Origin: Alphaproteobacteria bacterium UBA2903 | GTDB taxonomy: Bacteria > Pseudomonadota > Alphaproteobacteria > CAAGCB01 > CAG-977 | DNA: 64,000 nt | Direction: 5' to 3' | Assembly: GCA_002349565.1 (NCBI GenBank) | Contig: DEDN01000035.1 | Span: forward strand, 74,812 to 138,811 | In this document: piece after piece, positions 57,895-64,000 of the stretch | Layout: every line of letters starts with the position of its first letter | Numbering within the stretch: position 1 is the stretch's first letter | Notes under the pieces: model-generated | Told to the model about the DNA's origin: nothing | Seen by the model: the letters and a program-made list of their open reading frames with translations, nothing else | The model's database searches: none | Translations under genes and position numbers: made by a program

Positions 57895-58471
57895 TACTGT
57901 TTTAATAAACAGCCTGAAAAATGCTGTTGAACAGCTTTATGAAAAAGATGCGTATTTGTTGCACAGCAACCACGAATTGCACGAGCAAACCGTTTCGCAT
58001 AGATTGGCGGTGTATTTGGAAAACAATTTAAGAAAATTCTCTATATTCCGAGAAAACGACTTTTCTGTTGATTGCGAATATAACAAAAACGGAAAGAAGT
58101 TAAAAATAGTTTCTTGTTATAGCTGCCCTAATAGAGATTGCGTTTTATTAGAAAACAGATCTTTTGAAAAAATAAACTGTGTTCGTCCGGACATTATCGT
58201 TCATAAAAGAGGGAATAATTTTCCGACAAATTTATTGATAGTTGAATTAAAAAAGAAAACAAACAAAAATTTTAATGAAAAATATAAAGATAAAATGAAA
58301 TTATCCGCTTTCACTTGTCAAAGACAGGAAGACGAAAAACATCATTACCAATACCAACTTGGCTTTTTTATTGAATATAGTGGTAAAGCGATGGCTTTAC
58401 AGGAATTTAAAAACGGAAAAGAAACAGCTGTTTATAGCTTTGATGCCGAAACAAAAAAATGGACAGATTGA
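57887..58471 (+). CDS. Restriction-linked ORF: small PD-(D/E)xK nuclease-fold protein inserted between hsdM and hsdS
   Basis: The AT-rich ORF overlaps the hsdM stop by 8 nt (ATGGATGA). The motif ...CVRPDIIVHK...LLIVELKKK fits PD...(D/E)xK. Confidence 0.55.
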   Translation: MDDTVLINSLKNAVEQLYEKDAYLLHSNHELHEQTVSHRLAVYLENNLRKFSIFRENDFSVDCEYNKNGKKLKIVSCYSCPNRDCVLLENRSFEKINCVRPDIIVHKRGNNFPTNLLIVELKKKTNKNFNEKYKDKMKLSAFTCQRQEDEKHHYQYQLGFFIEYSGKAMALQEFKNGKETAVYSFDAETKKWTD

Positions 58472-58472
58472 T

Positions 58473-59561
58473 ATGAACAAATGGAAAAAAGTTAAATTAG
58501 GAAAGCAATTAAAACGCATTAGAACAGGAAAACTTGATGCAAATGCATCAAGTGAAAATGGGATATATCCTTTCTTTACTTGCTCTGTATTTCCACTAAA
58601 AATAGGGACGTACAGCTATGATTGTGAATGTGTACTTGTTGCAGGGAATGGAGATTTAAATGTAAAATATTACAATGGAAAATTCGATGCTTATCAAAGG
58701 ACGTACATACTTGAAGTTTTAGATAAAAATATTTTAAATACACGATATTTTTATTATTTTATGAAAGATTACATTGATATTTTAAGAACCAAAACAAAAG
58801 GAGGGGTTATTAAATATATTCGCCTTAATGATATAGCAGATGCGGAAATCCCTCTGCCGGCGATGGAGGAGCAGAAGAAAATCGCGGCGCGGTTGGACGC
58901 CGTTTCCGATTTGCTGGCAAAACAAAAACAACTGCTGTCCGAACAAGACAACCTGATCCAATCCCTCTTTTACGATATGTTTTTAAAACAAAATTTCTCT
59001 AAACGAAAAATCGTAGATTTTGTTGAAACCGATGTGAAAAATGCAAAAAAAATATTTAATAAAAATAACTTTATTAAATATATTGATATTTCGTCAATAG
59101 ATAATAATTCAAATATCATAACAGGTTATACACATATCGAGTTTTGTGATGCTCCATCCAGAGCGCAACAAGTCGTCAAAAAAAATGATATCCTTGTTTC
59201 AACAGTAAGACCTAATCTGAAAAATATTGCTTTAATAAAGTTTAACGATAATAATCTTGTTGCCTCTTCTGGTTTTTGCGTATTACGAGCTAAAAATATA
59301 GAACCTGTTTTTTTGCTATACAATGTTCTTTCTCAGGATTTTACAGAAAAAATGGTAAGTGCTGTAACGGGAGCGAACTATCCTGCTATTAAAAATTCAG
59401 ATATTTTAAATTATAAGATTCCTGTTCCTCCTCTTGAATTACAGGAAAAATTTGCGGCGATCGTCGAACAAATCGAATCCGAAAAATCGAAAATCAAATC
59501 CGCCATCGCCGAAACCCAAACCCTTTTCAACGCCCTAATGTCTGAATATTTTGAGGATTAA
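58473..59561 (+). CDS. hsdS: Type I R-M specificity subunit HsdS
   Basis: Two target-recognition regions are separated by conserved HsdS coiled-coil repeats (LPLPAMEEQKKIAARLDAVSDLL; LPVPPLELQEKFAAIVEQIE). Confidence 0.85.
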   Translation: MNKWKKVKLGKQLKRIRTGKLDANASSENGIYPFFTCSVFPLKIGTYSYDCECVLVAGNGDLNVKYYNGKFDAYQRTYILEVLDKNILNTRYFYYFMKDYIDILRTKTKGGVIKYIRLNDIADAEIPLPAMEEQKKIAARLDAVSDLLAKQKQLLSEQDNLIQSLFYDMFLKQNFSKRKIVDFVETDVKNAKKIFNKNNFIKYIDISSIDNNSNIITGYTHIEFCDAPSRAQQVVKKNDILVSTVRPNLKNIALIKFNDNNLVASSGFCVLRAKNIEPVFLLYNVLSQDFTEKMVSAVTGANYPAIKNSDILNYKIPVPPLELQEKFAAIVEQIESEKSKIKSAIAETQTLFNALMSEYFED

Positions 59562-59562
59562 A

Positions 59563-61353
59563 ATGGATATAGAAAGTAAAGCCGTCTCAGCGATAAATGA
59601 TAAAATTGCAGATATTAACAGACTGAAATCTTTTATAACGCAAAATGACAAGACGCCCGCTTATGATGGCTCTATAGCAATTTATAAAAATGATAGCACT
59701 AAAAATGAAAACATGGATTCTTCCGTTCGCGTTCAAGTAAAAGGACGTGAAACAGATGATTTGTCTTTAAAAAATATTGAATATCCAGTTGATATATCTA
59801 ATTTAAAAATATACCTAAATGACGGTGGCGTTTTATTTTTTGTTGTCCTTATTCACAAGGAAACAAAAGAAACAAAAATATATTACAACTCTCTGCTTCC
59901 GTTTAAAATCAATTTTCTACTTAAAAATTTAAGAAAATCACAAAAAACAAAAAGCATTACCTTAAAAAGGTTTCCACAAAGTGAAAATGACATCATTGAG
60001 TTGCTTGTGAATTTTTCAAGAGATTCAAGCAAACAATGTAATGTGTGCAATATAGGCGTTTTATCATTAGAAGAATTAAAAAATAGAAACGAGCCAATTT
60101 GTAACTTACAAAGTTTTTATTATGCAACAAAAGGGAATACCTCTTCTGCGCCAGATCGTATTTTTGAAAAAGAGATATACCAATATGCTGTCAGCGCGAC
60201 AGGTGTTTTTTATCCGATAGCTCAATTTTCTCTTTCAGAAATATTACAAGATGTAACTGCTAATGTAATTTGCAAAAACAAAAAAGTATTCGAAAAATTT
60301 GTCATAAAACGAACGAACAATAGTATTTATATTATTATCGGAGAGAGCATAACACTTAATTTAGAAAAAGATGCGCTAACAAATGGAGGGACTGCAATTA
60401 TTACATTTTCTCCTCATGGTAGCATTTCAAATAGAATTAAAGCGTCAAATCTCATGCTTGATATTCTTAATGAAAACGAAGTTCAAATTGGAGACGCAAA
60501 AATATTAAACATCTCAAAAGAAAATCCGTCCCCAATTGATGAAAATGAGATTAAGAAAAATATATCTTTCTTAGAAAATGTTCAAAAAGCTTGTGTTAAA
60601 GCTGGTATAGACGCTGAAAATATTTCAGAAGAAATTGTTTTCGATGTGCAAACTCTTCAATTTTTAATAGATGTTTTTATAAAAAATGAGCCTAAATCCT
60701 TAGAAACAAATGTTTCTGAAAAAGAAAGTTTTGGCTTACTATCAATAGGTCAGAAAAATATGAAGCTTTTGATTTTCGCAAAAAACATTCATGATAAAAT
60801 ATATAAAATAAGCAATTATTTTTATGCAGATTTCTCCTCTGTAATGAAAAATGACAATGGTTTAGAATACGCAGTAAGCAGATATGTCCCATTAAAAAAG
60901 GAACATTTTGCAAAAGCATTAAATATTCAATACGATGAAATTGCTGAAGATGTTTTTAAATATAAGCATACTGAACAATATCATTACAATGTGACGCTAA
61001 TGTTACTTGAAATGATTAAAGCGTTTGATGAAACAGGTACTACCGCATTATATAAAGCAATAATAGATGTTGCGGAATGGTTACAAAAATTTAATGGGAC
61101 GGAAAAAGAGAAAGATTTAAGCGACATCAATTATATTCAGTGCAAAAAACGGAAAGAACCTATCAATGATACGGATAAATTGACGTTATATAGAATATGT
61201 GAGAAAAACGTAGAAGAAGACATCAAGCTTGCATGTTACATTCTTCTTGATATGAAAGAAAAAGCAAAAGAGGTTTTTGACAATCTCGATTCGAAAACAA
61301 AAGAAATTTTCGAAAAATTCCCCATTTATACGCTTTATAAAAAAATGTTTTAA
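59563..61353 (+). CDS. Restriction-linked ORF: 596-aa AT-rich protein, possible Mrr/DUF4365-like N-terminal nuclease domain
   Basis: The start is immediately after the hsdS stop, with a GAGGA RBS. The N-terminus has YDGSIAIY...VRVQVKGRE (a D...QxK pattern). The remainder is unrecognised. Confidence 0.5.
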   Translation: MDIESKAVSAINDKIADINRLKSFITQNDKTPAYDGSIAIYKNDSTKNENMDSSVRVQVKGRETDDLSLKNIEYPVDISNLKIYLNDGGVLFFVVLIHKETKETKIYYNSLLPFKINFLLKNLRKSQKTKSITLKRFPQSENDIIELLVNFSRDSSKQCNVCNIGVLSLEELKNRNEPICNLQSFYYATKGNTSSAPDRIFEKEIYQYAVSATGVFYPIAQFSLSEILQDVTANVICKNKKVFEKFVIKRTNNSIYIIIGESITLNLEKDALTNGGTAIITFSPHGSISNRIKASNLMLDILNENEVQIGDAKILNISKENPSPIDENEIKKNISFLENVQKACVKAGIDAENISEEIVFDVQTLQFLIDVFIKNEPKSLETNVSEKESFGLLSIGQKNMKLLIFAKNIHDKIYKISNYFYADFSSVMKNDNGLEYAVSRYVPLKKEHFAKALNIQYDEIAEDVFKYKHTEQYHYNVTLMLLEMIKAFDETGTTALYKAIIDVAEWLQKFNGTEKEKDLSDINYIQCKKRKEPINDTDKLTLYRICEKNVEEDIKLACYILLDMKEKAKEVFDNLDSKTKEIFEKFPIYTLYKKMF

Positions 61354-61781
61354 AACACTTCAAAAAACTTTCTGAAAATCGGCGGCAATTCTTTTGACGT
61401 TTTCGCGCCGTTCTGGATGCGCCGCAAAATTTCGTCCGAAACGGTGCATTTATAACGGAAGCTTTGCGCCAGCTGTTTTTTGACGACGTCACTTTGCTTT
61501 ACCGCCTTTGCCCATTCGTATCGCGCGAACGACGGTTTAATGATAACGCCCCGCCCGTCGTCCGCCGTGATTTCGCCGATATCGAAAGTACAAGCGTCGT
61601 CGTAGTATTTGCATGCCTGCCCGTTATAAGAATAACGCCCGTTTTCTTGGAATTTAATAGAAGAAATCGGAATGACCAGCATTTCATCGTCCGCGTTTAT
61701 ATCGGACGCGATAACGATATAATGCGGCGCTTCGGCATTTGGAACGTCCGCGAAAAAGCAAACGCCCTTACAATGCATCAT
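61350..61781 (-). CDS. Putative toxin partner of the Panacea-domain antitoxin (unknown family)
   Basis: The 143-aa ORF overlaps the upstream Panacea gene by 14 nt. No known domain is recognised. Confidence 0.4.
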   Translation of the reverse strand: MMHCKGVCFFADVPNAEAPHYIVIASDINADDEMLVIPISSIKFQENGRYSYNGQACKYYDDACTFDIGEITADDGRGVIIKPSFARYEWAKAVKQSDVVKKQLAQSFRYKCTVSDEILRRIQNGAKTSKELPPIFRKFFEVF

Positions 61782-62304
61782 TCAAGCCGCAAACAAATTC
61801 ATATTCTTCTTTGGCTTCGCGGATTTCCGCGTCACTGCGTCCCAAAGCGCGCATAATGTCGCAATAGCGGATTTTTTTGCTGCTGTTTTGCGGATCATGC
61901 CATTCGGGCAGATTTTTATGCGTATAATCTTCCAACTGAAAGGAAGTGTAATGTCTGAACCGTTCGGAAACGGTCGAGATATATTCCTTGTCCTTTTCGC
62001 TGAGCAGGGCAAGCTCTGTTTCCTTTTTGACGGCGATGTCGTTGTAGTATTTGGCGGGCAGGCTTTCCAGCCATTCGCCCCACTCCGAACCGTTTAAATC
62101 GTTCAGCATATTCAGCGTCAAGCTCAAAACGGGACCGTGTTTCATGCTGAAAAAAATGTCGCCCGAAACCGACGTGTCGCGTTCCGCAATGGCTTCGCGG
62201 TCAATCAGATACAATTCTTTCATCAGTTTCAGCAAATTCATTTTGCCGCCGTTCAAACCCAGCAGATAAACGATTTCCTGCAAAACCTTGTCAGATGAAA
62301 ACAT
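61768..62304 (-). CDS. Panacea (DUF4065/SocA-like) domain antitoxin-like protein
   Basis: IVYLLGLNGGKMNLLKLMKELYLIDREAIAERDTSVSGDIFFSMKHGPVLS matches the Panacea/SocA pattern. The start is taken at ATG 62304. Confidence 0.6.
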   Translation of the reverse strand: MFSSDKVLQEIVYLLGLNGGKMNLLKLMKELYLIDREAIAERDTSVSGDIFFSMKHGPVLSLTLNMLNDLNGSEWGEWLESLPAKYYNDIAVKKETELALLSEKDKEYISTVSERFRHYTSFQLEDYTHKNLPEWHDPQNSSKKIRYCDIMRALGRSDAEIREAKEEYEFVCGLNDAL

Positions 62305-62445
62305 AATGCGCGCCTTCCATTCGATTAAGCAACATAACATATATAAGCTTGCTTTACAAAAAAAAATCGAAAAAATCAAAAAACATTTGCCAAAGGTTCA
62401 AACGCAGTTTTACACTTGTAACACTTTGATTGAACGGGGGAAAGC

Positions 62446-64000
62446 ATGGCGAATTTTTCGTTTTTGACAGTGCGAAAGGAATACGTTTTATTCGCCCCCG
62501 CTTGTTTGGAAGCCGAAAAGGTTTTCAAAACCTCCCCCGTTTTGTGCGCTATCGGTTGCCGCAAGGCTTTGGAATTGGCGGTCAAGTGGGTGTACACAGC
62601 CGACAAATCCCTTACCCCGCCTTATAAAGACAACCTTTCCGCTTTGATTTACGAAGACTGTTTCCGTCAAGCCGTTGACGAAGCGACGTGGAAAAAGCTG
62701 AACTATGTCGTCAAGCTGGGAAACCTTGCCGTTCATACGAATAAAACCATTGATGTCGGCGAAGCGTATCAGGCTTTGACGACTTTGTTCGAGTTCGTTC
62801 AATGGCTGGATTACAGCTACGGGCGCGAATACCGGCGCAGAACGTTTGACGCGGCGCAAATTCCCGCCTTGTCTGTCGTTGTTGATGTCGAAAAAGTCAA
62901 AAAACAGGAAGCCCTGCTGGTTCAAAAACAGGCGGAGATCGAACGCTGTCAGGCGGAAATCGCCGCCCAAGCCGAAGAACTTTCCGCCCTGAAAACCGAA
63001 AACCGGAAAAAGCGCGTGTTCGTTCCGACCGATATTTCCGAATGGGAAACGCGCAAACGCTACATCGACCTTGATTTAAAGCTGATGGATTGGGATTTCG
63101 ATCACTTTGTCGGGCAGGAAATCGAAGTCGATAACATGGCGGGCGTCTCCGGTCAGAAGGGATATGTCGATTATGTCCTGTTCGGACAGGACGGCGCGCC
63201 TTTGGCGGTCGTTGAAGCCAAACGGACAAGCAAGGATCCGAATGTCGGAAAACAGCAGGCGAAACTGTACGCCGACGCGTTGGAAAAGCAATACGGCGTC
63301 CGCCCGATGATATTCACGACGAACGGATTTGAAACGTATTTCTGGGACGACTTAGCCGCGCCTCAACGTCCCGTTTTTTCCGTATTCAGTCAGGACGATC
63401 TGGCTCGTCGTATGGCGCGCAGAAATTCCGACATCCGCTTGAAAGGCGTTAAAATCGATACGGCCATCACGAACAGGCCTTATCAGTTGCAGGCGATCGC
63501 CGCCGTCTGCGACCGTTTCGAAAAAGGATTCCGCCGCGCTTTGCTGGTAATGGCGACCGGAACGGGAAAAACGCGCACGGTCATCAGTCTGGTCGATGTG
63601 CTGATGCGCGGGAATTACGTTAAAAACGTCCTGTTTCTGGCGGATCGCCGCGCTTTGGTCGGACAGGCGAAGGAAAATTTTCAGGCTTTCCTGCCGGACG
63701 CTTCCCTGTGCGACCTGTTGTCCGCCAAAGACAATAAAAACGCCCGCATCGTTTTTTCGACTTACCCGACCATATTGAACGCCATTGACGACGTGAAGAA
63801 CGACAAAAACGAACGGTTGTTCACACCGGCGCATTTCGATTTGATCATCGTGGACGAAGCGCACCGCAGCATTTTTAAAAAATACAAGGTCATTTTCGAT
63901 TATTTCGACGCGCCGATCGTCGGGTTGACCGCTACGCCGAAAACGGAAGTCGACCGGAACACTTACGATTTTTTTGAAGTGCCGCACGACAATCCGACTT
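62446..64000 (+). CDS. hsdR: Type I restriction enzyme R subunit HsdR, N-terminal part (runs off window end)
   Basis: ATG 62446 follows a GGGGGAAAG RBS. An N-terminal DUF4145-like region (ALELAVKWVY) is followed by SF2 helicase motifs (LVMATGTGKT, IIVDEAHRS). The frame is open to position 64000, which is why it is absent from the ORF track. Confidence 0.85.
   Translation, partial: MANFSFLTVRKEYVLFAPACLEAEKVFKTSPVLCAIGCRKALELAVKWVYTADKSLTPPYKDNLSALIYEDCFRQAVDEATWKKLNYVVKLGNLAVHTNKTIDVGEAYQALTTLFEFVQWLDYSYGREYRRRTFDAAQIPALSVVVDVEKVKKQEALLVQKQAEIERCQAEIAAQAEELSALKTENRKKRVFVPTDISEWETRKRYIDLDLKLMDWDFDHFVGQEIEVDNMAGVSGQKGYVDYVLFGQDGAPLAVVEAKRTSKDPNVGKQQAKLYADALEKQYGVRPMIFTTNGFETYFWDDLAAPQRPVFSVFSQDDLARRMARRNSDIRLKGVKIDTAITNRPYQLQAIAAVCDRFEKGFRRALLVMATGTGKTRTVISLVDVLMRGNYVKNVLFLADRRALVGQAKENFQAFLPDASLCDLLSAKDNKNARIVFSTYPTILNAIDDVKNDKNERLFTPAHFDLIIVDEAHRSIFKKYKVIFDYFDAPIVGLTATPKTEVDRNTYDFFEVPHDNPT

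Noticed and set aside
62488-63987. Minus-strand ORFs of 160-211 aa
   Set aside because: They are antisense to the open hsdR reading frame, which is not in the track because it has no stop inside the window.
1-64000. CRISPR array search
   Set aside because: No regularly spaced direct repeats of 25-40 bp were found. The only tandem repeats are the 3 x 19 bp promoter-proximal unit and the 2 x 237 bp in-gene duplication.

Overview
This is a 64 kb bacterial chromosomal window at roughly 55% GC, with two horizontally acquired regions of lower GC. The taxon is not assigned.

Positions 1-36.6 kb are mostly housekeeping genes. They comprise a frameshifted MATE efflux gene, an unknown 750-aa protein with a zinc-ribbon partner, a P-type cation ATPase, htpG, a SUV3-like helicase, hslR, tRNA-Ser, pyrG, a TspO-like protein, a TrmJ-like methyltransferase, a Sel1/Cys-rich secreted pair, rmuC, queH, a kdsB-kinase-phosphatase operon, a GlgE-pathway glycogen cluster (glgE, maltokinase, glgB, glgX, malQ) and a membrane metallophosphoesterase.

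Positions ~36.7-49.3 kb form a mosaic integrative/mobilizable island. It starts with a P4-type integrase interrupted by an in-frame TAG codon and ends at a tRNA-Gln-like gene with an imperfect acceptor stem. The island carries:
- an AT-rich five-gene operon with overlapping genes (class I methyltransferase, compact SF1 UvrD-like helicase, two unknown proteins, and a DUF1848-like protein with a radical-SAM-like CxxxCxxC cluster). This is the best candidate for an undescribed defence or DNA-modification system.
- a mobilisation module (AlpA-like HTH, MobC, relaxase, serine recombinase).
- a split AlbA_2/HATPase_c_4 regulator pseudogene.
- an Mrr-like endonuclease with an internal 237-bp tandem duplication.

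Downstream of tRNA-Arg lies a lysine-2,3-aminomutase / two ATP-grasp / GNAT cluster that may make a beta-lysine-derived metabolite.

The last ~10 kb is a second defence region. It contains an Abi_2/HEPN-like gene and a type I R-M locus (hsdM-hsdS-hsdR) with restriction-linked extra ORFs: a small PD-(D/E)xK protein between hsdM and hsdS, a 596-aa AT-rich protein between hsdS and hsdR, and a Panacea-domain antitoxin-like gene with a putative toxin partner. hsdR runs off the window end.
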